Shown one piece after another: positions 1-10,264 of a stretch of 45,814 nt of DNA (within the stretch, counting starts at the first letter, position 1; each line of letters starts with the position of its first letter). Below the pieces are notes generated by a model. It worked only from the letters and a program-made list of their open reading frames with translations, was not told where the DNA came from and searched no databases. The DNA is from Octopus bimaculoides (Eukaryota), in NCBI RefSeq assembly GCF_001194135.2, contig NC_069006.1:12640249-12686062 (forward strand), given 5' to 3'. Both the position numbers and the translations under genes were made by a program.

Positions 1-17
1 TATATATATATATATTT

Positions 18-376
18 GAGCGTGATCGTTACCAGCGTTGCCTTCCCGGTACTCGTGCTGGTGGCATGTGAAAAGACATTCGAGCGAGGTCGTTGCCAGT
101 GCCGCTGGACTGACTCCTGTGCAGGTGGCACGTAAAATACACTATTTTGAGTGTGGTCGTTACCAGTACCGCCTGACTGGCCTTTGTGTCAGTGGCATGT
201 AAAAGCACCAACTACACTCTCAGAGTGGTTGGCGTTAGGAAGGGCATCCAGCTGTAGAAACTCTGCCGAATCAGATTGGAGCCTGATGTAGCCATCTGGC
301 TCACCAGTCCTCAGTCAAATCATCCAACCCATGCTAGCATGGAAAGCGGACGTTAAACGATGCTGATGATGATGAT
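18..376 (+). mobile_element. SINE-like family C (RTE-type 3' tail) with three ~62-66 bp internal tandem units
   Basis: Ends GGAAAGCGGACGTTAAACGATG(CTG)ATGATGATG. Homologous segments recur at 5163-5345 (-), 11260-11452 (+), 20365-20545 (+), 25432-25768 (-) and 41804-42030 (+). The RTE-tail assignment is from recalled consensus. Confidence 0.8.
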
Positions 377-470
377 ATATGTAAGTTATCTAAAAGTCCA
401 TAGGTCAGGGAAAAAATGCACTCGTATATCTGTCAGTAGAGCGGGTATATTATCCAAAGTGTACAGTATT

Positions 471-671
471 ATATATCCATTAAGGCCGATCTTACCAATT
501 GGTTTCGTGCTGGGAGTTTAGCGGAGTGTTAAGTAACAATCCAATTATATAACCCTACAATCATCAGAAGTAGCCAATATCAGCGTAGAGTTATATAATT
601 GGATTGTTACTTAACACTCCATTGAATCCTTAGCACGAAACCAATGGGTGAGATCAGACTTAATGCATATA
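471..671. repeat. ~200-bp fold-back palindrome containing a degenerate hammerhead motif on the minus strand
   Basis: Arms 471-558 and 585-671 are reverse complements with about 10 mismatches, around a 26-nt spacer. Minus strand reads CTGATGA (567-561) ... GAAAC (506-502), palindromic stem III ACCAATTGGT, cleavage triplet GUA. Confidence 0.75.
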
Positions 672-755
672 TAATATTATACACTTCAAATAATATATAT
701 ATATCTTCAACCCATGTCAGCATGGAAAACAGACATTAAAGAATGATTATAATGA

Positions 756-1114
756 GCTTCTTTCAGTTTCCTGGTCCAAGGTTACAGTAGAAGACACTTA
801 CTCAAGGTACCTTGAGCAAGTGTCTTCTGCTATAGCCTTGGGTCAACCAAACCCTTGTGAGTGGATTTAGTTGATGGAAACTGAAAGAAGCCTGTCTATA
901 TGTGTGTATGTGTGTGTGTCCCACCACCACTTGTCAACCAGTGTTGGTTTGTTTACATCCCACTAACTTGGCAGTTTGATAAAAAAAAAATAATAATAAA
1001 AAGACCAAAAGAATAAATACTAGGCTTGAGAAAAAACTAAGTACTGGAGTCAATTTGGTCAACTAAACCATTCAAGGTGGTGCTCCAGTATGGCCGCAGT
1101 CTAACGAAAGAAAC
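756..1114 (+). mobile_element. SINE family A, 5'-truncated, with an inverted 5' duplication
   Basis: 806-1114 matches the family A body and tail. 756-811 is an inverted, internally deleted copy of 806-891 folding at GGTACC (806-811). Confidence 0.75.
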
Positions 1115-1444
1115 AATGTGTATTTGTATACATAGAGAAAATATGTAAGATTGTGTGTGTGTTTGTGTGTATCTTAGCCAGATTACTTTATTGCTAGAGA
1201 TTAAACCTGGATAAACTATGACCTTTGACATTATCCCACTATTCCAGTCTCACTAATCCCGTCTTAAATCTGTTTTTCTGTTTCACTAATCTGAATATCA
1301 ATCCTTATTTAGATATGGGGGTAGGGGCTGTTCTGTGGTGGTGGGAGGAGATATGTTAGATTGAGAGGGGGGACGCTTGAGTATGTGGAGAGGAGACATT
1401 GTTAGATTTAATAGGGAACTTATGGGTGGTGAGGGGACAAGGGT

Positions 1445-1870
1445 GTGGTGGAGGGAAGATTCATCTAGAACTAGTCACACCTGCCTACCACACCTTGTTA
1501 CACCCCTTTATCATATTGCCAACTGCCACACCCTCCTGGCACTCTGCTTCACTGTCTTACACTACCACCTGTTAAACCCTCCTGGCACATTGCTCCACTG
1601 TCACACTTCCATATCACACTGTCACTCATCACACCCTCATAGCACAAGTTCCACAGTCACACCTCTGTCACACTGCCTCTCTGTTGCATCTTTTCACACC
1701 TCTGGCACACCATGTCGCACTAACCCCTGGCATCCCTTCAGATCTCGCTGTTCCCTGTCATACTTCCATATCACACAGTATGCTGTGTTACATCTTTCCC
1801 CACCTCTTCTCTGACACCATGTCACACTGCCTCCCTGTTACACCTCCATCACATCTCCTTCATGTTTTGC
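1445..1870. repeat. Degenerate C/A/T-rich tandem repeat (GTCACAC-like motifs)
   Basis: Recurrent gtcacac/ctgtcacac/cacaccct motifs. Explains the low-complexity ORFs 1377-1814 and 1684-1884. Confidence 0.6.
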
Positions 1871-2323
1871 TACCAAACCAATAGCCAGATACTCAGACAG
1901 TCGTTCTGTAATCCAATCCTTCTTCCCCACAACTTCCCCCTCTGGACACAAGCCACCACCATCACCACCACTACTGTTTCATCTTCTAGAACAACACTAA
2001 TAGCAACAATTAGTGGTGGTGATGGGGGAAGATGATAGTTGGGGTGGGTGGGGATACATGGGGGTTTAAACTGGAAGAGATTGATTAATTTTAATGTGAA
2101 ATTAAGATTTAAACTGCAATTTATGAGACAAAATAATCCTAGATTCAGACAAGGTTGTAGGATATAATTTGAGGGATATTTAACTGTTATTTCTTATCAA
2201 TCAAGTAAGTCCATGTAGAGCAAGAGTGAAGACTGCTTTTAGCCCCAGTGGGTGAATTACTAACTTGTAAGAATCTTTGTGAGCAGGGAATCTGTGTTGA
2301 GGAGAAGAATGTTAACCCTTAAC

Positions 2324-2706
2324 AGGTGCAGGCATGGCTGTGCTTACTTCCCAACCACACGGTCCTGGATTCAGTCCCGCTGCATAGCACCTTGGGCAAG
2401 TAGCATCTACTATAGCCTTGGGCCGACCAAAGCCTTGTGAGTGGATTTGGTAGATGGAAACTGAAAGAAGCCTGTTGTGTGTGTATGTGTCTTTCTGTCT
2501 TTGTTTGTCCCTCACTGCAGTTTAACAACTGGTGTTGGTATGTTTACATCCCCATAACTTAGCGGTTTAGCAAAAGACACCAATAGAATAAGTTCCAGGC
2601 TTTAAAAATATATGAGTACTGGGGTCGATTCAACTAAAAATTCTTCAAGGCAGTGCCCCAGCATGGCCAGTCTAATGACTGAAACAAGTAAAAGGTAGAA
2701 GATAAA
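2324..2706 (+). mobile_element. tRNA-headed SINE family A, near full length
   Basis: B-box-like GATTCAGTCCC, CORE-like ACCTTGGGCAAGT, internal (TG)n, tail CAGCATGGCC..GACTGAAACAAGTAAAAG. Collinear with the copies at 8911 and 34492. Confidence 0.85.
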
Positions 2707-2744
2707 TTCTACAAATTCAATGATATGTTAGCAACATTAATTAA

Positions 2745-3063
2745 ATGCTAGAAGAATCGTTAGTGTGTCAGTCAAAATGCTTAATGGTATTTCTTTGGGC
2801 TCTTTCTGAGTTCAAATTCTTCCATCATCAGCTTTGTCTTTTATCCTTCTGGTTTGATAAGGTACCAGTCAAGCACTGGGTTCATTGTATTGACTAAAAA
2901 CTATTATTAACCCTTTCACTACTGTATTTCGTTTCCGCCAAGGACGACTTTGCCTTTCATCCTTTTGGGGTCGATTAAATAAGTACCAGTTATGCACTGG
3001 GATTGATGTAATCGACTTAATCCCTTCCCCCAAATTTGAGGCCTTGTGCTTCCAGTAGAAAGG

Positions 3064-3100
<37 letters not shown>

Positions 3101-3340
3101 GTTGTTACTGTAAGGCGGTGAGCTGGCAGAATCATTAGCACGCTAAGCAAAACGTTTGGCAGTATTTTGTATGCTGCTACATTCTGCATTCAAATTCCAC
3201 CAAGGACAACTTTGTCTTTCATCCTTTTGGTGGGGGGATCAATGAAAATAAGTACCAGTTACGCACTGGGGTTAATGTAATCGACTACCCCCCCACCTTC
3301 CCACCAAAAATTTTCAAGGCTTTGTGCCTAGAGTAAAAAT
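2745..3340 (+). mobile_element. Cluster of three SINE family B copies separated by (ATT)n
   Basis: Repeated GAGCTGGCAGAATC..CTGAGTTCAAATTC..CTTTGCCTTTCATCC..AAGTACCAGT..CACTGGG module. (ATT)n at 3065-3100. Confidence 0.8.
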
Positions 3341-3944
3341 AATTATTAGTTGTTACTGTTTTTGTTGATGTCAATTATTCTAAAAGATGGCGGGGTGGGC
3401 TGGCTTGGTGAGTTGGAGTGTGGTTAATGTGGGAGACCATGTGACTGAACACTAATATAAAACATTTGGCTACATAAATGGTGTTGTTGATGACAATGAC
3501 AATGGTTTATTAGCCACAAGGGTTGTAGATAGTGGGGGGTTGAGGAGAGACTACAGGGACACAAAGCACAAAAGACTTTGTGTATGTATTGGACAGTGTT
3601 GGTGGTTACATGGAGTGTGTAAAGAGAAAAACAAAACAAAAGGAAACCTTGAGGTAAACAGTTCAAATTCAAATATGACGAATTTCTAGTCATGTGACAG
3701 ACAACTCATCAATGTTCTATGTTCAGCTGACTGTGACTGATGGCTTCAGTTTTCTTTATTTAACCCCTTTCTTTCTCTCTGTGCTCTGCTCTTTATCTCT
3801 TTTTCTCTTCTCTTTATCTCTTTGTTCCCCCCCCCTTTCTCTTACTCTATCTTTCTGTTTCTTTGTCTTTCTCTTTCTCATTACTTTTTAAGACCAAACA
3901 TATGCATATATATGTATGTATGTATGTGCATTATTATTATTGTA

Positions 3945-4700
3945 AAGGCAACGAGCTGGTAGAATCATTAATTAGTAGGCTGGACAAAATACATAGTGGT
4001 ATTTCACTCGTTGCTACATTCTGAGTTCAAATTTCACCAAGGTCGACTTTGCTTCTCATCCTTTCAGGGTCGATAAAAGAAGTACCAGTTGAACAATGGG
4101 GTTGATGTAAATGACTCATCCCCTTCTTTGTGGCAAAATTTGAAACCATTATTGTTGTTGTGAGCTGGCAGAATCATTCTGAGTTCAAATACTGCTGAGG
4201 TCAACTTTGCCTACCAATGAAACCCTGGGGTTCATGTAATCAACTAGGCCCCTCCTTCCCAAATTTCTGGCCTTGTGCCTTTAGCAGAAAGGATTACAGT
4301 AATCCCTCACCATATTGCGGTTCACCTATCGCGCACTCAATACATTGTGGATTTTTCTGGCTAATATATGTAAATTTATATTGTGGACTCCTCAGTATGT
4401 CTGGGCGGCCAATAAATATTTAGATTTTTTTAGATTTTAATTATTTTTGTGAGAGATTTTGGAACACAACACTCTTGATAGTTGAAGGATTACTGTATTA
4501 TTATTATTGTTGTTGTTGTTGTTAAGGTGGTAAGCTGGTAGAATCATTACCACTTTGGACAGAATGTATTTCTCCTGGCTTTACATTGAGTTCAAATGTT
4601 GCCAAAGTTGACTTAGCCTTACCAGTTGCCCAGTAGGATTGATTGCAATCAACTTCCCCATCCATCAAAGTTACTGGCCTTTTGTCAGAATAAGAAAGGA
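3945..4700 (+). mobile_element. Three further, partly deleted SINE family B copies
   Basis: Family B head and body at ~3945-4150, ~4160-4295 and ~4524-4700. Confidence 0.75.
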
Positions 4701-4953
4701 TTATTGTTATTTAATCCCAAGTCTACTATGGTTCAATAGAATTATGACCATCCTACCTCATTCGTTTTGCTAGGTAAAGTGTACCTTGGAGCACATTATA
4801 CGATGTGTCCTTTTTCTTAAAAAAAAGACAGTAAGGTGTGATATATATGGCTGCTTTTTCTAGCAAGTTGAGCAGCCATACAGAGATTACCTTTTTGGCT
4901 CCTGTATATTTTTTTGTATATGTGTGTATATATATTCTACACCATTTGCAGCC

Positions 4954-5002
<49 letters not shown>

Positions 5003-5162
5003 CATGCGCATGTCATTTAATATACACAGTATTTAAATAGAAGTTATTTGATAATACTATTTAAATACTGGATGGAGTACTTTTTCTGTTGATCCTTCCT
5101 ATAACAGAACAGTAAATTATGTGTGTATCTATATACATACATGTATATATATGTTTGTATGT

Positions 5163-5345
5163 CTATCATCATCATTTAACGTCCGTTTTTCCATACTAGC
5201 ATGGGTTGGACGATTTGACTGGGGACTGGTGAAACCAGATGGCTACACCAGGCTCCAATCTGATCTGGCAGAGTTTCTACAGCTGGATGCCCTTCCTAAC
5301 GCCAACCACTCCGAGAATGTAGTGGGTGCTTTTTATGTGCCACAT
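5163..5345 (-). mobile_element. SINE-like family C, 3' part, running into a gap
   Basis: Reverse complement of 200-376. Confidence 0.8.
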
Positions 5346-5927
5346 ACATGTGTCNNNNNNNNNNNNNNNNNNNNNNNNNNNNNNNNNNNNNNNNNNNNNN
5401 NNNNNNNNNNNNNNNNNNNNNNNNNNNNNNNNNNNNNNNNNNNNNNNNNNNNNNNNNNNNNNNNNNNNNNNNNNNNNNNNNNNNNNNNNNNNNNNNNNNN
5501 NNNNNNNNNNNNNNNNNNNNNNNNNNNNNNNNNNNNNNNNNNNNNNNNNNNNNNNNNNNNNNNNNNNNNNNNNNNNNNNNNNNNNNNNNNNNNNNNNNNN
5601 NNNNNNNNNNNNNNNNNNNNNNNNNNNNNNNNNNNNNNNNNNNNNNNNNNNNNNNNNNNNNNNNNNNNNNNNNNNNNNNNNNNNNNNNNNNNNNNNNNNN
5701 NNNNNNNNNNNNNNNNNNNNNNNNNNNNNNNNNNNNNNNNNNNNNNNNNNNNNNNNNNNNNNNNNNNNNNNNNNNNNNNNNNNNNNNNNNNNNNNNNNNN
5801 NNNNNNNNNNNNNNNNNNNNNNNNNNNNNNNNNNNNNNNNNNNNNNNNNNNNNNNNNNNNNNNNNNNNNNNNNNNNNNNNNNNNNNNNNNNNNNNNNNNN
5901 NNNNNNNNNNNNNNNNNNNNNNNNNNN

Positions 5928-6430
5928 CACATGCATATATATATATATATATATATAATGTACACACACACACACACACACACACACAGATATGCACACA
6001 CACACACACACAGACATGCACACACACACACACACGCACACATACACACAGACATGCACACACACACACATATGCACACACACATGCACACACACATGCA
6101 CACACACACACACATGTAAATATATACATATATATACACACACTACGACATGTCTGGTGTACACCATATGTATGCACATGTATGTATTGTACACCGTTCT
6201 TAGCTGACCTTGTGAGTTTGCATACGCGCACGTATGATGTTGGCCAAGCATGCTATATACACATACACATGTATGTACACACAGTGTTCACCAGGCATGT
6301 TACAGAATATATATGTATATTCTACAACATGCCTCACCAAAACTATGTGTGTGTGTATCTATGAGTATATATGTGTGTATATGTATACATATTCTACACC
6401 ATATCTGGGTAACACACTATATGTGTATGT
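5928..6430. repeat. (CA)n/(TA)n microsatellite and degenerate CA/TG-rich repeats
   Basis: Directly visible. Confidence 0.9.
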
Positions 6431-6879
6431 AGACTTTACCCTCTCCCAACCACCGCCTTCCCCCAACCATCAACCCCGCCACCCCCCCAGCACCCGTTAA
6501 CCACAGCCATTATTATTACTGCCAGTTTTATAATTCACCTTTACTCTTTTCCTTCTCCTCTTGAAAGGTTTCCTAACTTCCTGTTTGGCCAAACTCCAAA
6601 CAGTTTCTGCACATTAAAAACACAATGCTGTTTGTCTGAATGTATGTGTGTTTGTATGTGTGTATGTATGTGTGCGCTTGGTCTCCCACTTTGCAATGCT
6701 CCTCTGACCTCACCACCACCTCGTCATCTCTCCTCCACTTCCAACCCTATGCAACATTACTGACCACCACCACTACCACCATCATCGTCTACTCCGTCTA
6801 ATTACCTTCTCGCCCGCCATAAACTTCAATGTCCACCATGGTGAAGCCAAACCAACAACAACTTGACCCAAATCTTTCA

Positions 6880-7220
6880 AAAGTCAATATAGACTTGACT
6901 TTTGTCTAAGATAAACATCTAAAGTCAATATAGACTTAAACTGGTCTTAAATAAAGACCTAAAGTCAATATAGACTGAAGCAGGTCTTAGGTAAGGACCT
7001 AAGGCGAACATAGACTGAATCTAGTCTTATAGACACAAGCATAACTTAGATGTAGACCTAAACTGGTTTTTGATATCTAACATCAATATAGACTAAAGTA
7101 GATCTTGGTTAGAGACTTAAATATCTTAAATATAGAGCTAAAGTCATTAAAGACCAAAGTTAATCTTAGATATAGTGCTAAAGTCATTATAGACTAAAGC
7201 TAGTCTGAGAGCTAAAGCAT
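6880..7220. repeat. ~40-bp minisatellite (AAAGTCAATATAGACT...)
   Basis: AAAGTCAATATAGACT recurs at 6880, 6920 and 6961, with degenerate units to ~7220. Confidence 0.8.
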
Positions 7221-7488
7221 ACAACATCTTGAGCAAGTATCTTCCACTATAACCTTAGGTTGAGCATTGCTTCGTGAATATAATTTGGTAGGTGAGAAAT
7301 AGATGAAAACTGTGGAGGCCCATCTTGTGTGTGTCTCACCAACTTTTTCACAGCAGCCGCTGACTGGTTGTGCTAGTCCACCTATGACAATAGAGCACAG
7401 TCGCCAAATTCCCTTCCATATAAGCTTACTCTGATCATAAAGTTATATAATTGGACTGTTACCTATCATTCCATTATATTCTTTACAC

Positions 7489-8003
7489 CAGGGGTGGGGA
7501 AACCCCTGCCCACGGGTGCAACTGCACTCACAAGCCCATTTTATTGCACCTGTAGGTTGGTATATTTGTATGTACTAAATATAGTAAATTTTTCAATTAT
7601 AAAATTTATACAATATTTGTATGTCTATTTGCGACATAGGTCTTGTTTCCACTATGACTTAAAATGGTTAGACTCGAACAGAAAATTTTCCGATAATTAC
7701 TATTTGAATGGAAATTTTGTTTTCACTATAAAACACATATTGCTAGGTTTGTACCAGCCTCTCGAGATCCAACTATTAGATTACCTTGTAAGTAATATAA
7801 ACGTCCTAAATTTAGTGGTAGCATCAATGAAGATGTTACACATTAACTTCTTGTCTTAAACTTATCTTTATTAATGTATATCAAATTATACATAGATATA
7901 TACAAGATTTACACAAATATAAGAGTTAGAACCTGTGATCCGCCCATGGACCTTTTTCTTCAGAAATTTTTGTCTGCCACACTAAAAAGTTTTCCCACCC
8001 CTC
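7489..8003. mobile_element. hAT (Charlie-like) non-autonomous MITE, 515 bp
   Basis: TIRs CAGGGGTGGGGAAACC and AGTTTTCCCACCCCTC. Flanks CTTTACAC (7481-7488) and CTTTATGT (8004-8011) fit a decayed 8-bp TSD. No coding capacity. Confidence 0.7.
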
Positions 8004-8099
8004 CTTTATGTGAAACCAATTTGTAAGATCAGCTGTGGTGGATATTTAATACTATACATTTTGGATAATATATAAATATAATATATGACAATTAGTTGG

Positions 8100-8174
8100 T
8101 TGTCATAATAAAACTCAGAGTTTCGGATACTGGAGATGAAGTCTGCTCCGGCATCTCATCAGTTATTAAGACAA
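8100..8174 (-). ncRNA. Type I hammerhead ribozyme motif with intact core
   Basis: Minus strand: stem I TTGTC-T-TAATAA / TTATTA-T-GACAA; core CTGATGA (8162-8156); stem II GATGCCGGAG / CTCCAGTATC (9 of 10 pairs, one extra C before GAAA); GAAA (8124-8121); short stem III ACTC-T-GAGT; cleavage triplet GUU. Activity untested. Confidence 0.75.
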
Positions 8175-8186
8175 AATGCTAACATT

Positions 8187-8261
8187 TTGTCTGAATAATT
8201 GATGAGATGCCGGAGCTGACTTCATCTCCGGTATCCGAAACTCTGAGTTTTATTATGACAA
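8187..8261 (+). ncRNA. Mirror type I hammerhead motif with C3->U core substitution
   Basis: TTGTCTGAATAA, TTGATGA (8199-8205), GATGCCGGAG-loop-CTCCGGTATC, C, GAAA (8237-8240), CTC-T-GAG, TT, TTATTATGACAA. Predicted cleavage after 8249. Confidence 0.65.
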
Positions 8262-8362
8262 CCAACTAATTGTCACATATTATATTTATAGATAAATTCT
8301 TCTATTTTACATAATATTGAGGTCTCATTCATTCTTTTGTTGTCATATTATTATTATTATTA

Positions 8363-8397
<35 letters not shown>

Positions 8398-8613
8398 TAT
8401 AAAATGTATATTCAATGCTTTATGTTTGCATGTGTGTGTATTTAACACTTCTCCACCCAAACAGAGACCTAAGACTATATTAAAAGAACTCTGGTACTAA
8501 AATAAAAAGTTAAATGTCACAATATGATTGGTAAATATTTAATCATTAAAGTGAAAAATAATTATCAGTAAAGACATTCATTTTGTGTACATATATATAT
8601 ATATATGTGAATA

Positions 8614-8759
8614 GGGAAGACAAAAGAATAAGCAATTATGTTATGAAATTCATTAGCTTACAGCTTTTTCTGCTTTAAGCTGCAGTGCATCATCCTACAG
8701 CAGAAACAGCTGTAAGCTAATGACATACATAACTTAATTGTTTATTCTTTTGTCATCCC
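8614..8759. repeat. Fold-back palindrome carrying the 3' half of a hammerhead (GAAAC-AGCT-GTA)
   Basis: Arms ~8614-8676 and ~8698-8759. GCTG..CAGC stem II-like pair, GAAACAGCTGTA at 8703-8714. No CTGATGA core. Confidence 0.65.
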
Positions 8760-8910
8760 AATTTTCTATTACCATTGTGTACTCAATTGATGCTTTGTTC
8801 TGAAGCTTATGTATATTGAGTTCTAACACCAGGTTATTAGCATCAAAATGCCTAAGCAATGTGTGTGTGTGTATTCACATACGAAATAGAAGCAATGCTT
8901 GTTACTAATT

Positions 8911-9296
8911 GCACAGGAGTGGCTGTGTGGTAAGTAGCTTGCTTACCAACCACATGGTTCCGGGTTCAGTCCCACTGCGTGGCACCTTGGGCAAGTGTCT
9001 TCTATTATAGCCTCGGGCCAACCAAAGCCTTGTGAGTGGATTTGGTAGACGGAAACTGAAAGAAGCCCATCGTATATATGTATATATATATATGTGTTTG
9101 TGTGTCTGTGTTTGTCTCCCCAACATCACTTGACAACTGATGCTGGTGTGTTTACGTCCCCCGTAACTTAGCGGTTCGGCAAAAAGAGACCGATAGAATA
9201 AGTACTAGGCTTACAAAGAATAAGTCCTGGGGTCGATTTGCTTGACTAGAGGCGGTGCTCCAGCATGGCTGCAGTCAAATGACTGGAGCGAGTAAA
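8911..9296 (+). mobile_element. tRNA-headed SINE family A, full length and well preserved
   Basis: A-box-like TGGCTGTGTGG, B-box-like GGTTCAGTCCC, CORE-like ACCTTGGGCAAGT, complete tail. Confidence 0.9.
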
Positions 9297-9998
9297 TATG
9301 TATATACACACACATACATACACAAATGTATGGTTGTGGTGCCCTTAATATTCAACATACTTATAGGGTTGCTGTTGTAGCATGCTGTTGCATGTGGGTG
9401 TGTGCGTGTGCAGGCATACATACACGCATATACACGCATACATAGAGGAATGCATTTTAATTTACAAGTTGGAGATAAGAGTGCTCAAAACGTCAGGTAG
9501 AGTTTATATTTATATTTTTGAAGTCAACCTTTCCCAGTAATGACTTGGATATCAAATTTGCCCAGTGGAGGAAACCTGAAGCATAATTCACTGTATAATT
9601 TCAACTTTTAAAAGAAAATATATGTAATGAAGAGGACATAGGCTAAAGGAGACTTGTTAGTCTTGTTGCAAAGGAGGAACAACTTGTCTAGAGCTGGTGG
9701 CACAATAAAGTGTATTCTGTTCATGCTATAAAGGGGTTGGTGATATAAGGGGTATCCAGCCATGAAAATCCCATCAAAGCAACATGCATAACAACACGGC
9801 TGGCTGGTTATTCTGTCTGTGTGTTTCAGATGATGGATTGTGAGTGGGATATGAACTGTTTTGGCGTCACCTATCTGGTGTAAATTATTTTGCATCAGAT
9901 GTTTTGTGTGTGTGTGTGTGTGTGTGTGTCTCTTTTTTGTATATAAGAAAGGGAAAGTGTTTATCAACCATGTTCAATTAATAAATTGTAACATAGTG

Positions 9999-10058
<60 letters not shown>

Positions 10059-10068
10059 NNNNNNNNNN

Positions 10069-10109
<41 letters not shown>

Positions 10110-10152
10110 ATCTCTGTACACACATTTGTATGTTTGCCTCCTGCCAAAACAG

Positions 10153-10206
10153 ACTGAAGTCCCCTCAGGCATGCCAGATCATCACCATCCAAAGAGCTGT
10201 ATTCAA
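10153..10206 (+). CDS. Candidate 54-nt internal exon (phase 0 reading TEVPSGMPDHHHPKSCIQ)
   Basis: Acceptor ...gcctcctgccaaaacAG after a (CT)n tract, donor AA|GTTTGT, non-repetitive sequence. Phase 2 is also open. Confidence 0.3.
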
Positions 10207-10264
10207 GTTTGTTAAACTTGTACCAACATGAAAAAAAAAAAGAGACAAAAACAAACATGAAATA

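Larger units (their letters stand above)
8071..8290. repeat. Near-perfect 220-bp palindrome
   Basis: Position i pairs with 16361-i. Arms of ~108 bp with about 6 mismatches and a very small central loop (~8179-8182). Confidence 0.95.

Noticed and set aside
1377-1884. His/Thr/Leu-rich ORFs (145 aa and 66 aa)
   Set aside because: Translation of a degenerate tandem repeat with no domain-like features.
3689-3698. GTCATGTGAC M-box/CLEAR-like motif
   Set aside because: A single 10-mer in 46 kb with no promoter context or conservation data.
5121-6364. Long ORFs of 200-340 aa here and at 17011-17920, 24970-26568, 27255-28134, 28886-29471, 33293-34429, 36968-37490 and 41098-41909
   Set aside because: They are open only because they run through N gaps and dinucleotide microsatellites. 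Not evidence of coding.
7494-7859. 121-aa ORF
   Set aside because: Lies inside the AT-rich hAT MITE and has no transposase motifs.
8911-8985. tRNA-like A and B boxes here and at other SINE heads
   Set aside because: No cloverleaf with acceptor stem; they continue into SINE bodies, so they are not tRNA genes.
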